Assembly: GCA_002245135.1 (NCBI GenBank)
Contig: NGBS01000878.1
Coordinates: forward strand, 124,001-188,000
Origin: Proteromonas lacertae
Lineage: Eukaryota
DNA length: 64,000 nt
Direction of reading: 5' to 3'
Shown here: positions 42,848 through 57,444 of the stretch, piece by piece
Layout: each line of letters begins with the position of its first letter
Numbering within the stretch: the stretch's first letter is position 1
Made by a program: the position numbers and the translations under genes
The notes under the pieces: generated by a model
Told to the model about the DNA's origin: nothing
The model's database searches: none
Seen by the model: only the letters and a program-made list of their open reading frames with translations

Positions 42848-43229
42848 CTACCATTTCAAATTATTAGGATAAGTAGAGTGGTTCTTCCAAGGAATTTGAT
42901 CATATCTTCTCTTAACTTCCTCTAATGTCCAATTTACATTCCAATCACCGGATGGGGATGATACAGCATCACAATATGCTTTCATATGCGTATATGCCAT
43001 ATCTCCTTCTTCATACATATGTTGAAGTTTCTTTGGATCTGTTTCATTTCTATTTTCTCGAAATGCTATAATAACAAAATATAGGTGATTAATACCTATT
43101 CTAACCTCTTCATATATCTTCTTTTGCTTTATACTAGGATAGTGTTTTGCAACCTGAAATATAATTAACTGTATATACTTTTAGTAAGTTACGATACATC
43201 TGTAATAATTCACTTCTGCTTCTATTCAT
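42848..43229 (-). CDS. LYR-motif (Complex1_LYR) mitochondrial/MRO protein
   Basis: Spliced LQMYRNLLK-VAKHYPS...VRI-AFRENRNETDPKKL; two introns. Missed by the ORF track. Confidence 0.8.
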
Positions 43230-43273
43230 CAAAATCAAATTTCAAACTATCAAGCTTTTATGGGGTTTGAAAA

Positions 43274-43820
43274 ATGAGTCAATCTGAATCTTTTGCTCTA
43301 TCTAGTATTTTTACTCTGTAATATTTTTAATAGATATAATAGCATTTCACAATCAGGTACAAGGGTTAAATGATAATGTTCATTCAAATCTTATAAATAT
43401 CTTTCAAGAAATAGAAGTATTGTATTTAAATATTATAAGAATAGAAGAAAAATAGTGAAAAAGAAATTATTGATATAGTAGAGAAAGCTAATAATTGTCA
43501 AACGCTATTAATCCCAAATGGTGATTATCTAGCACAATTATCACAAGATAGTATAATAATGGTGCATAATATTACTTAATAGTATATAATATAATGAAAT
43601 CACTCCAAGGAACAAGAGCTATGAAGAAATACTTTGAAGTATAGTTAAAATATTTATGATTTAATAGAATGAAAGAAAAACGACTAGTTCTACATGTAGT
43701 GATTATGTGAAAGAAGAAAAACTGAAATTACAGCAAGATTTATCTGACAAGAGGAAGACAATAACAGATTTCTATGCAATTCAAACACAGGAATTACGAA
43801 GGAAATATAATTCTACATAA
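43274..43820 (+). CDS. Small multi-exon hypothetical protein with a C-terminal coiled coil
   Basis: ATG at 43274, several ~30-nt GT-AG introns, last exon ...QELRRKYNST*. Confidence 0.55.
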
Positions 43821-43907
43821 AAATTATTTATTTTAGTTTTATTTGTTTTTTTATAGGTCAAGATCTGATCAAAACGATAAATTTTAAATCTTTCTTTTTC
43901 TTAAGAA

Positions 43908-45988
43908 ATGAATGTTGGATGCTACATTAGAACTACTTCTCAAATTCTTCAGAAACTCATTAAAGATAATAATCCGCTTGTGAAACAGGTAAAGGTATAA
44001 ATAAAAAATTGAAATGTGATTAGATATTAAATACAATTATATCATGTTCTGACAGTTACAAATTGGGTGATATAGATTCTGTTGCAGTAGAATTAATATC
44101 AGCTACCTCCATTCAAGATCTGTTTCTTTTAATCTATGAGTAACGAATAATATGCATATATATTTATGTAGTAAGAAATTCACAATAGTGAAATCTTATG
44201 AAAGTGAATCATGTAAAATCCTTTTCTTTAAATCAATTGAAAAACAGAAAATATGTAAGTATCCATTACATCTTACTTTTGCTATATCTCCACATACAAA
44301 TAATTTGAACAAAGTATAATTATACTACTTATATTGAAATGTTTAGATTATCAAATCACTCCACTCTGTTGCTGAAATAAACTATATGACAAGTTTAATG
44401 ATAAGTGAAACAGTAAAATTCTTTATTCCTAGTATACCAAAAGATAAATTAGGTTATACATTGTATTACTGTGAAATATTATCCAACAATTCTCAAAATG
44501 ATATAAAACTATGTGACATTGAAAGAATATTATCAAATTATAGTTCTTTATACACTGTATCAAGTAGTTTAGAAGATATTCCATTATGTCCATTACGAAA
44601 TGAAGATAGTAATGAAACAACAATAGATGAATCATTATCTCCAATGTCATTATCAATCAAAGTATCAGCAACTTCACATTTCAATGCAGTTGCTAAAACA
44701 ATCAAATCTGATAAATATCCATTAATATCATTGGCTGTAGGAGAACCTGATTTTCATCCACCAATTGAAGTAATAAGAGCGACAGGAAGAGCAGCTGAAG
44801 ATGGTTTTTATAGATATAGTCCAATATTAGGTTTAGATTCATTAAGACAGTTAATTAGTAATGATTATAAAGTAAGAAAACATGTTGATTATAATATTAA
44901 TGAAATATGTTTGTGTAACGGAGGAACTCAAGCTGATACTGAAGTATATTATTAATTATTATTATTATTTATTATAGGCTTTGATGATATTATTACACCC
45001 AAATGACGAAGTAATAATTCCAGCTCCTTATTGGACATCTTATCCTGAAATGGTGAAAATAGGAAATGGAATTCCAAAAATTGTACAAACTTGTGAAGAA
45101 AATGACTTTTTATTAACAGGGAGAGAATTAGATGATGCTATTACTCCAAATACAAAATGCGTAGTATATTTTTTCTAAACTTATAAATGAAAATAGGTAA
45201 TATGTAATCCAAGTAACCCAACAGGAACATTTTATAATAAATCAAAACTAGAAGAATTATATAAAGTGTTAATGAAACCAGAGAATCAACATGTATGGGT
45301 ATTATATGACGAAATATATGAAAGATTAATGTTTAATGATGATGAAGAAGATGAAGAAGAAAGAGAACACATATCTTTCGCATCATTTGTAGGAATGAAA
45401 AATAGAACATTGACAGTAAATGGATATTCTAAATGTTATGCAATGACTGGATATAGAATTGGATATTTGTGTGGTCCAGAATCATTCATTTCTATATTCG
45501 CTAATACTCATTCTCATTTGACTCATAGTCCTTCAGTAATATCTCAAAAAGCTGCTGAAATTACTTATACACTTGATAATACTGTATATATTGTTTTTTA
45601 TTAATTATGAATTATAGTATGTTAATGAAAGAGTAAGAGAGTTAAAACATAAACATGATATTGCTTATAATATATTGAAAGATATTCCAAATATAAGAGT
45701 AAGAAAAGCAAGTGGTACTATCTATTTATATCCTAATATTGATTGGTATATAAATAAGAAAAGCAGAGAAGGAGTTGTAATTGATAATGACAATACATTC
45801 TGCATAGAATTGTTGAAGAAATATCAGTATATTGTTTTCATGATTATTTATTGCTTTATAGCATTTGTGTAGTTCCTGGTGAATGTTTTGGTAAAAGTAA
45901 TTACTTTAGAATTTGTTTTTCTACAAATGAAGAGAAATTATTAGATGCTTTGAATAGAATTAAACTATTTTTATCCGAATTAATGTAA
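43908..45988 (+). CDS. Class I/II PLP aminotransferase (AspAT/prephenate-aminotransferase-like) with a long N-terminal extension
   Basis: Contains ISLAVGEPDF, EVIIPAPYWTSYPEMV, CNPSNPTG, DEIYE, NGYSKCYAMTGYRIGY (PLP lysine) and VPGECFG..YFRI. Confidence 0.9.
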
Positions 45989-46003
45989 CAATTTTTATTT
46001 TAA

Positions 46004-49000
46004 TTATAAATTAATTAAATCTTCTATTTCTATATCTACAACTCCAGATAAAAAGTTTGTCAGTTCTAATTCTTGATATTCCTCATCAGTTGCTTCTTTA
46101 TTTTCTAACTCTTTCAATATCTCTTGTAATGCAGATTCTTTACTCTTTTTAGTTTTACTATTCTTTGTATAGTCTTCTACAATTAAATTTAGAATTGAGT
46201 TGGAAAACATAGTATCAATACTACTATTATCTCTAGTAATAATTGAATTCATCATATCCAACTTAAATTGCTGTAAACTCACTATACTCTCTTCAATTGT
46301 ATTTTTCGTTATCAATCTGTAGATAGTTACTGGTTTAGTTTGTCCAATTCTATGGATTCTATCCATTGCTTGTATATCTTTAATTGGATTCCAATCATGT
46401 TCAATAAATATTGCTATATCACTACAACTTAAATCTATTCCTTCACCACATATTGTTGTTGAAGCTAATAGAAATGACTTCTTATTCATTTCTTTATATT
46501 GCTGAATTACTTTGAATCTGTTTTCTACTGATACTGTTCCATCTACTTTAAATAATTGGATATGAGGATATATTAACTTCAGATATGTTTCTAAGAAAAG
46601 TAAAATTGATTTAGTTTGTGCAAATATGATTATTTTGTGAAAGTCCTTTTCATCCTTATTCTCGGAATTGTTATCACTATAATCCAAATCATCTATATAT
46701 CATTACATATATAATACAAAAAATAGAAATAATACAAAGTAATTCAGATAATTTATCAATTTTACCACTTCCTTCAGAAACTTTTAACTTTGATGAAGAA
46801 TGATCTGGAAAATACTCTTTATACTTTGAATTTAATACTAAAATAGGATGAACACACAATAATCTATAAATCTGAAACAGACTAAATATTGATATTCTAT
46901 TCTTAGTATTCTTATTATTGTTTATTACATTACTTTCTTTGTATAAATCACTTTGTAACATTGACATTTCACAATAAACATCTTTGATTAATTTGGGAGG
47001 TAAATCTGATAAGACTGCCTCTTTACTTCTTCTCAGAATAAATGGAAGTATTAAACTGTGCAACTTATTCATAGCAAGAGTCCCATTTTCTTTCTTTTCA
47101 TCTGTGCAAGGTATTTCTTTCAATTTTCTGATCTTTTCATAAAAATTCTTCTTAAATTCTTCAAGCGTTCCTAAATAATCTGGTAGAATAAAGTCGAATA
47201 AAGACCATAATTCTAATGGTGAATTCTAATCGCATTATAAAAAATATATATAACAATACTTGTATTGGAGTTCCAGATACAATCAATTTATGTTTTGTTT
47301 TTAATTGTTTTACTGCCTTTGATAATCTCGAAGATGGATTATTAATATGTTGGCCTTCATCTAATATTACAATATTGAATTCGATTGGTAATATTACTTC
47401 TACATCTTTTTGAATAACATCATAGGAAGTAATGATTATTTTATCTTTTAAATCACATTTTATTACACTTTGTCTTTTGGCTTTATTACTTTCATTTCTA
47501 TATCTATTAATAACAATAATAAAAATAATAGAATATACAATATAACATTTGATATAATATTATCATAAAACTTCTCAATTTCATAATACCAATGATCAAT
47601 CATTATTTCTGGACAAATAATTAAAGCGGGGAGATTATTCTTCTTACAGTTTATTATCATCGAAATAACTTGCACTGTTTTTCCTAAACCCATTTCATCA
47701 GCTAATATTCCATTACATTGTAATTCGTTAATAATATACATCATCCATTTTATTCCTTCAATTTGGTAATTCCTAAGTTTATATTTTGATGGTAATATTA
47801 TATTGTTATGAGTTGTTGATGATGTAGTAATTCCTTGATTCAAATTGTACAAGTAATTTCTATTTCTTTCTCTTTCTATTGACAATTTTGTGTAATAATC
47901 TTTCCATATATCTGGATCTTTGACTAAATATTCGATTGATATTTGAGGAATTAATGACTTTAATAATCTAAACAATAGATGAATAATAGAATGTATATAT
48001 TATTATACTTGCTACTAATTGTTCTTATGTTAGTATCATTTACAGCAAAGAATAGAAATAGTTTTGGAATGTAAATGACTGTATAAACAATACTATTGTT
48101 ATTATTATTATCTTTCATTTCTTCATTGTTGAAAAACAGTGAAATAATTTGTAATAAAAAATGATTTAATAAACTATCATTGTTTATATCTAATAGATTC
48201 AACAACTCATAAGTGAATAGCGAAACAATAATGTGATAATAATGTTTAATTCCTATACTATATGAATTAATGATCATAAACTTCAATTCATCATCAAATG
48301 TAGATGAATTTATTATTAATTGGTTTATATAATGAAATATTTGTATAAGTAATGTAATATCGAGGTTTCTACTATTTAATAAAATTGAAGCAAATCTAAG
48401 AGATAATTTGGTTGAGAAAATATCACTAATTTGTTTTATTCCACTTATTAAACCAAGTAAAAATGGATATTGTGAAAACAGATTATTACATCCATCTAAT
48501 ACTTCCACTAACAAATCATTACAGTCTATTGAGATTAAATATAACAAAAAGATATTATAATACATTTATATTCATCATAATTATAGTTACAAACAATATA
48601 AATCATATTTCTAATCAATGTTTCATTTGCATTCCTATATTTATCATTATTCAACAACTCAATTATTTTTGTTGTATATTCTTTAGAGAAATTCACATCA
48701 CCATTTTCATATATAATATATTCAAATATAGTTGAATAGTATTTCTTTATATTCTGTTGAATATTTATTTCTCTATTTAAACATATGAATGCTACAATCA
48801 CTTTAATTCTATCACAAGAAAGTGTCATTTCATTATGGAGTAATTTCATATGATTTTCTAATGCAATTTTCAAGTCTTGAATTGTTTTTGAATGAATCAA
48901 TACTATACCATAATAATAATATATAACAATATACTAATCTCTTTCTTTATACTTTTACTACACTTCCATTTGTTAAACTCATCTTCAAATAACTCACAAA

Positions 49001-51210
49001 ATGTGTTTATATTTTCTATCAATTCTACACAATTATCACTATCTTTGATTGAAGCAGGAAATCTCTTTTCATTCTTAAATCTCTCTATCTCTTTTACAAC
49101 AATTTTTAACTGTTTTATAACTTCAGAATCAAATAATGGAAGTGTTAATTCATAATTTTCATACTTTAATAATATATCCAAAAATGATGGTGGTATTTTG
49201 TTACTATCATCAATCATTAAGAAAGATAGAGTAATTGTATAAAGAATATAATAATTATCATCATTATTCAACATATTGATAATAAACTGATTATAAATTG
49301 GCATTGTATCAGAATAAATAGAAGTTAAAATACTAATGAAACGACTATATTTTTGGATATTTTCTTTTGTATTGATTTTATTTCCAATATAATACCATTC
49401 AATATTACTATTGTTGGTGTTTTCAGTAGAAGGTAGGTTTGGAATTTGAATAAAACACTTATCAAATTCTAAATCATATTGATAATTGATATAGTAAGAT
49501 AATTCATCAATTAAACATTCCAAAATCGATGTGTTGGTTTTATTATTTTCTGAATATCTCAACAACTTTTCGAATAATTCAAATAACATTTTACTGATGC
49601 CAATGTCCATTTCATAAACAATACAATAAATAATATGATTCAATAAATCAATCTGAATCTCATTCATTATTTCACATAAAACTCCAATCTCTTTATTCTC
49701 TATTTCAATCACATTATATCTTATTTGAACCATATTATGATGAATTAAAGTAATAAATGATGTTATCCCAATTGAATTAAATGATTTTATGAGTTTATTT
49801 GTTTTTCTTTTATTATTATTATTATTATTACTGTAATTATGTATAATATATTTGATATAATATGGATAAATATATTGAAATGAAGGAGTGAATTCATTTA
49901 TTAAACTAAGTGATTCATTTAAATAATTAAACAATATATTATTCTCTATTGGTATTGGTAGTAATAATAAGACTTTGCTACACATTAATCGAATATCATC
50001 TTCTTTATTCTACGAAAAGAAATAATAGATGAAAAAATATACAACTAAATATTTTGTAATTGTGTTTATTCTTTCTGTTATTATCTAAATTATATATATA
50101 TATATATATATATAATGTTTATGAATACATTTATATAATCTTTATTAAGTGGTATTATATAATAAAAACATTGAAGTAAACTATGAAATATTTGCCAATT
50201 CTTAAATCTATTCTTTGAATTATCTAAATATTCTAACAACAACTGAATAATTTCAACCTTTTTATCATTATTCACATATAATAATAAAAGTGATAAAATT
50301 TCACTTAACAATCCTCTAACTGGAGTTATCATAATTTCAGATGAATAATCACTAAAATTGTCTCTACAAATAATTATCAGAATATATTCACATATTGTGG
50401 TATTGGCATAATCAACTGATGATGATAAAATAGGAATCTATTACTCAATATAATTATATATTTATACTTTTAATAATTCTAATATTAGCATTGCACTTCC
50501 TTGTCTAATTATCCAATTCTCATTATTTAAACTATAAATATAGAATCAATAACAAAGATAAATATACTATAACAGAACTTGATTGAAAAGATTATGTAAT
50601 ATTTCATTTGAATTGATATTTGATGGGATTGATTGAGTATTTGTGATAGTATTACGTTTATTAATGTCATCTGGAATTTGAATAGCTGATTCTGTTGATG
50701 ATGGAATGATATAAGAATCAATTAAATCATCATCATTTATATATTCATCAATTTCCAATTCATAATTATCTGGATCGATCAATTGCTTTATATTTCCTTT
50801 TTGTTCTTTAGCTGGTTTTAATTTTGTGTCAAATTTCTATTTATATGATAAAACAGATAAATACCTCCTTTGGACAAGCATATAACAAATTATTATCTTG
50901 ACTTGGAACCTTAATATCCGGTTGTAAAATCCAGGATGTAATTTTAATAATACCCGAAATAGCTTTACTTGCTGATTGACGTACAACATACTCTTCAGAA
51001 GATAATAATTTCATTAACTAAATTACTTTAATATATAAACAATACATCATTTATCAAATCACCTACTTTATCAGGATGTTCTCTTGAATATTTGTAACAA
51101 TTCTCACAACCAACTTTCCTAGTTGTTTCATTTTCACCTATAATAGTCAATATCTTATAAATACTTTTCAACCATATCTTATAAATCTCAAATTCATTTT
51201 TTTGAGACAT
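46004..51210 (-). CDS. BTAF1: Mot1/BTAF1 TBP-associated SNF2 ATPase
   Basis: HEAT-like N-half with DNFSDYSS..ITPVR; NGILADEMGLGKT, LDEGHI, LWSLFDFILPDYLG, ILPFILRRSKEAVLSDLPPK and EHDWNPIKDIQAMDRIHRIGQ. Confidence 0.9.
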
Positions 51211-51274
51211 TTTTCATTTTTATGGTGTTCGTAAATTCACAAATACCATCAATAAATTTGATTATGATTTGAGA

Positions 51275-52020
51275 ATGTATTTTGATAAAATTACTAAAAT
51301 ATCATGTTGTAGATATTTTGGAACATCAAAAAATAATAATTGGTGGGTTAAAAGGCAAGTAAGAGATCCATATGTAAAGCTAGTATAGTAATTAAGAATT
51401 TAACTGAATAGGCAAAGTCAAAAGGCTATAGAAGTAGAGGATCGATAAAACTAGAAGATATACTTTCTGATAATAGAATTATTACACCAAATTCAATAGT
51501 ACTCGATTTAGGTAGTAGTCCAGGTGGATGGAGTGATGTTTTGTCTAGAGTTATATATCCAAACAGAGAAGCTGTTGAACCGTATAGAATAATATCTGTA
51601 GATATTTTACCAATGAAACCCATAATTGGCTGTAAGTTTTTTCAAGGTGATATTCAAGACCAATTAATCAAGTCACAAATACATAGTTATTTAAAGAATC
51701 GTAAGTTTTCAGTCATCCTATGTGATGTTGCACCAAATTTTTCAGGTAATCATTCAACTGATCATATTAGACAAGTATCAATCCATATTATTTATTATTT
51801 TATATGCATATAGATTGAATTATCTAAAATAGGCTTAGAATTTTCATTGAAATATCTTAGAAATGATGGTTATTATCTAACTAAAGTGATTCAAGGAAAT
51901 ACTCTGAAAGATTATGAATTATTATTGAAGAAAAGTTTCAAAAACGTTAAATATATCAAACCATCTTCTTCAAGAAAAGAATCAACAGAAATTTACATAT
52001 TATCATCTATTCTTTGTTAA
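51275..52020 (+). CDS. MRM2: FtsJ/RlmE-family rRNA 2'-O-methyltransferase (MRM2-like, probable organellar targeting)
   Basis: Contains RQVRDPYVKL|AKSKGYRSRGSIKL, VLDLGSSPGGWS, ILCDVAPNFSG..DH and KPSSSRKESTEIY. Confidence 0.9.
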
Positions 52021-52149
52021 TTTAATATTTTTAGTATGTTCTTTATTATCAATGTAATATTCTAATACAACAAATATTTAAAATGAATAAGCAAATAAAG
52101 GAAATTCAAAAATATACTAATTCTATACAAAATCACAATTACAAACTCT

Positions 52150-53266
52150 CTACTTAGGGTATTTACCAACTGTATCAAGAAAATTATATGCTTTTGCAAT
52201 TTGATAAGATCCTGGACCTGGATTTTTATCCACTATTGAAATAAAATACAAATAAATATACATTTTTGATTAAATCTTTTAGAAATTGGGAATATACCTC
52301 CTGGACTATGACTTCTGAAGGGAGACACATTGTATGTACCAACACCTGGCGCATCATTCTCATGAACGAGTGTTCTTCCTTTTATACGGTTATATGGTGT
52401 GTTTGATGTAGTTCTAGGCCAATTTTTCCTTTCGGTTGGAGGGTGAGCTTCTTGTCCTGCAACATATTCAGCAACTTGAGGTGATTTTCTAACAAATTGC
52501 GCAGAATTTGCACCTCCATTTTCCCCATTTCGTGGTGATCTTGGAGATTTTTGAGATCTTGGTGAAGTTGAGTGAGATTGATATTCTTTTGAATAATCAT
52601 GGTGTAATGGTGGTAGTGGGAGAGAAGCAAAATCACTCCAATTCGTATTATATGAACCTGGTCCTGGTGTATCACCAGTACCCCAAGAATTCAATCGATT
52701 CTCAAATTTTGACCATAATCTCTGTGTTGCTGGCTTTGGATTTATACGGAATACACTATCATTTACATTATAAGATCCTGGTCCTGGAACTGCATTAGGA
52801 GGTTGATTGAATCTTGGTGTTTTTGGTATTACTGGTCTTGGAGAGGTGGGTTCTCTTACTTTCACTGGATTGTATTGATTTGGGCCTGGAGCACAAGGAT
52901 CTGGTGGAAACATTGTAACTGCTGTTTCTCGAGGTGAATTTATTCCAAAAGGGCCAGAACAAGCGGTTGGACTCTATAATAAATAATGGTACATATAAAT
53001 ACTCCATTTCTATGAATCCAATTTACATCATGGTGATAGGAACCTGGTCCTGCATCAGTAACAATTTTTATTGGTGTAAATCTTTTAGTTTCTCCTAAAG
53101 TAGCTCCACCCTGTCTAAATGACTTTTTATAAAATGCTCCTGGCTTTTCTCGATAAGATCCAGGTCCAGGTAGATCATCTAGAGGTTAAAAATATGATAT
53201 ACCTTTTTCCCAGACGTTACCTGAATAGTTGAATCTCTTTTGAGTTGATCTTAATGAACTTGCCAT
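52150..53266 (-). CDS. SHIPPO/STPG (PGPGxY)-repeat protein, ODF3/CIMAP1-like
   Basis: About seven PGPGSY/PGPNQY/PGVGTY repeats, most preceded by RF; three introns. Confidence 0.82.
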
Positions 53267-53709
53267 GAATTAAAGAAATTTCTATTTATTAAACGGTCGA
53301 GCTTTCAAGCCTATTTGTGAAGAATTAAAAAATAAGATCTAGTTAATTTATATACGTTTTATATTGCTATTGTGTAAGATAGGTTATTACATTATTTTTT
53401 TGACTATTTAAAACCAAAGATTTATTCACTTAACTATAACTAATTTTAAATTGAATAGCTATGTTGTGATTAAATTGTTGCTGTAAAAAAATAAAGCAAT
53501 TGCACTAACTTAGTGAATTTATTATATCTGATTTTGTTACCTTTGAATTTATTTTTTCTGTTTAAATAACATAAACCATAATGTCATTTTAAAAACATAT
53601 ATATTCATACAAATTAACATTTTGATAAGTATAGATGACTTCTATCATTCAAATGAAAAATGAATTTTAAATAAATATATAGTCGTTTCATAGATCGAAA
53701 TTAATTCTA

Positions 53710-55554
53710 ATGTCTAAACTACCAACTCCTGCCATACGTGGAATGCGAAATAATATGTCTCAACTCAATCTACTTAGAATGGGAGATAATATGCCACTCG
53801 TAGCTGCTCCATCTTGTCCCAATTTTTCAGAGATAAACAAACACATTCTAGATAGGACGACAGACATTGATAGGACATATTCTACCATGGGGAGTGATGG
53901 GATTCAGACAGCTGAAGGTGTATCACAAAATGATTCAGCATTACCTCCAGAAATCTCTAAATTACCATTATCAGAGGCAAAAGAGAAATTATACTCATTC
54001 AGATTTGCAGGATGGTTGTACAAAAAAGGATTTAAATGGTTCAAGCGATGGAAGAGGAGATACGTAGTATTAGCAGGTAGAGTTATTTCATACTATGAAG
54101 TATATATCTATTATAATATAAAATAAAATAGAAAGACACAGATTTAAAACCAATTCACACAGCTGAAATCACACTAGATACTTCAGTGGTGCCAAATGTA
54201 TTACAACAGTTCCCCTATTCATTCTCAATAATTCCACCCAATAGAAATCCAATCAAAATATGGCATTTACAAGCATCGAGTGAAGATGATCGAAATGAAT
54301 GGTTAAACGCATTATCATATATCCACCAATTAATAATTCGAATAAATCATCCAGCTACCTTACGTGGAATGGGAAATATATACGATCACTTCATTTTGGG
54401 AGATATATTGGGTAAAGGGAGATATGGAATCGTAAGACTTGGAATACACAAAATAACACAGCAAAGATATGCAATAAAGATAATAAATAAGAATAAAACT
54501 GGAGAAGATGATTTACAACATGAAATACATATCTTAAAAACTATCAGTGTATTATTAAAATATTTATTTTATTTGTAATAGAAAAGAATAGGAAGTCATC
54601 CATCTCTATGTCAAACCTATGAAGTATATGAAGATGAATTTATAATCCAAATTGTAATGGAATATCTCAGTGGAGGAGATTTATTCGAAAGAATATCAAA
54701 GAAAGGTAAATACACTGAAGCTGATGCATCTCATATTATCCAAGTGATTTGTAGTGGCTTACAATCATTACATTCCAATAGAATCTTACATAGAGATTTA
54801 AAACCAGAGAATATTATGTTTACATCAACAGAATCAGATACTTCTGTAAAAATAAGTGATTTTGGATCAGGAATGATATATGGTGAAAATGCAGAAAAGT
54901 ATAATATAATAATAATAATAATATATTTAAATTTATATATGTGTAGAGAGATTGTTGGTACACCAGGATATATAGCTCCAGAAGTATTACAACGATGTAC
55001 TTATACACCAGCATGTGATGTCTGGTCATTAGGTGTTATTATGTTTATATTGTTAATGGGATATCCTCCATTCTATGGTGAAAGTCAACAAGCTATATTT
55101 GAGAGTACAATATCTGGTAAGTATGCCTATTATCCTGAAGATTGGGTTGGTATAAGTGATTATGCGAAAGATTTGATTAATAAAATACTAATAGTGGATA
55201 GTTGGAGAAGAATTAATTTGAATGGAATATTGAAACATCCTTGGATTAAAAATCCACCAAATGTATAATAATATTTATTAGTTTATATTATAATAGAATA
55301 CAATGAGTTGTACTCAAAAGAGACTTGAAATTTATAATTCTAAAAAGAGAAATAATAGTAACAATAATAGTAATACATTACCTGCAGTTATAGAAGAAAG
55401 TGATTATCCATTTACTCCGAAAATGACTCCTGCACCACCTGGTTCAACATTATTAACAAATGATGAAGTGTCAATTATTCGTGAAGTAGGAAATAATCAT
55501 ATTAGCTGTGATGATAATCCATTACCAAGAATAATATCAGCTCATTCTCTATAA
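53710..55554 (+). CDS. PH-domain CaMK-group Ser/Thr protein kinase
   Basis: PH domain GWLYKKG..WKRRYVVL..EWLNAL; kinase motifs GKGRYG, AIK, HRDLKPEN, DFG, GTPGYIAPE and DVWSLGV. Confidence 0.93.
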
Positions 55555-57444
55555 CATTTTATTTTAATTTTTTTTTAATTTCATATATGTCTTTTGTTGA
55601 TTTAAAAAAGAGATACTATTCAAACTTGTTTGATGTTTCAAAATATTAGTGGGTTTTTATTACCATTTTGACAGTCATTTGTGTTATAATTATGTCATTT
55701 CACTTTTTCTTCCTTCTATTGGTTGTAGTTGTTTCTTGTAGAGAAGATTTACCTCATGATGCAGAAATGAAGATAGGCATATGTTGTTAGCCGTTGGGGG
55801 ATTTGCGCCTTTGGGAGATAAAAGGGTTTTATTAAAAACTATTTCGACAATAGAGGGCTTGGTAGTGAGTTATTTTCAAATATAATCTTACTTTGGTATA
55901 TAAGTTACATCTGTGATATACTTAATATATCAGTTACTCTGTGACAACGTGCCATAGTCCCATTTACGTAAGTTACCTACGAGATTCCTCCTACGGGTCT
56001 ATTGCCTACAGGACGATTTCCTATACTTGCTGAGATGAGCCTATTTAACTTTTATTTTTTTTCCCAAGAAATGAACCTTGAATCATGTATAAATACCTTC
56101 TTATATTGTAACGAATAGTTCTAGCGAGTGTTCTAGCAGTCTGTGAAGTTCCCGTAATTCAATTCTTGATCTAGAAAGGGACATACGGCTAAAGTCCCAT
56201 ATATATACTTATATAAAGATAGAGAAAAATCCTCCATTAAAGTAGAATCAACAAGGTCAATTCAACGGTAAAGTGGAAAGAACTGCAGAAATTATTAACA
56301 GCCTTAGATGCAGAAGGACTAATTGTAAAGGAAGATAGTTAATGTTCATGGATATTAACTTGTTAATCCAACACAATAAAAAGCTTAAACCAAATTATAC
56401 TAATATAGAAGGTAATGATAATAATGGTAATGATGAAGAAGATGAAAATGACGATGATAAAGACAATAATAGATTCAATTATATCTGAAAATTTACATAT
56501 GGAAATGAATTATATATTAAAATATCATATTTACTCTATAAGCAAGAATTTAAAGTTATCTTTAAATTTATTGAGGAAGAAATGTAATATTATGGAGGAA
56601 GATATTGCTAGACTGAAGTACTATTGACAAGAATAAGGAGATTGTAAATAAGATAGATATCGATAACATCAACCAGTACTGTAGTAACTCACAGAAGGAG
56701 AAGGCTAATAAAGTCCATAAGTTGATTACCGACATAGCCATCGAGGACATCAATAACTACTGCTATTTCGAGAGATAAAATTACAGTAGTTATTACCGAT
56801 AAGATAACCAAGGAGATCGATGATGCTAAAATTGCTATCGCGAAGTACTTCTGCATTTAGGATCGATTTGAGAAGATAGACAAGTGTTATGAAAACAAAC
56901 TTGAAAGCTTGAATATTTTATTGAAAGTTTTATATCATTAACTTATTCTTTTTGATCAAAATAAATGATGAATTAAAATTAGTAATACTATTGATGTTTC
57001 TCTGTGCATAATAGTTTGCATTTTTTTCTCTCAATTTTATTTATCATATATATATTAATAATGAAAATATAGATAAAAAAGTTCGTAATTTAAAGAGTAC
57101 GTATATACAAATGATGAGAGATAAAAGAATATCAACCGATTTATGTAAAGATAGCGATAAATTAGTCACATATAGGAAAGAATATATGACAATTGGTAAC
57201 AATTGTGAGCCATGGATATCTAGAGAATGTTTTTATATATTAGATCATATATTGTCTTTTAATTCAATTGGATTAGAATGGAGTTCTGGGTGAAGTACTA
57301 TATGGTTAGCATATAGACTAAAGCATCTAATATCAGTTGAGCATTCTAAGGTATGGTCAGAGTCCGTAAGAAATGTTATGAAAAAAATGTCAATAAATAA
57401 CAAAATTGAGTTACATTATATTAGAGAAGATAGTTTAGAGGTAT

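Noticed and set aside
56250..56340. NGKVER peptide resembling the integrase catalytic Glu motif
   Set aside because: There is no upstream SDNG or other integrase motif, and it is too short to distinguish from chance.
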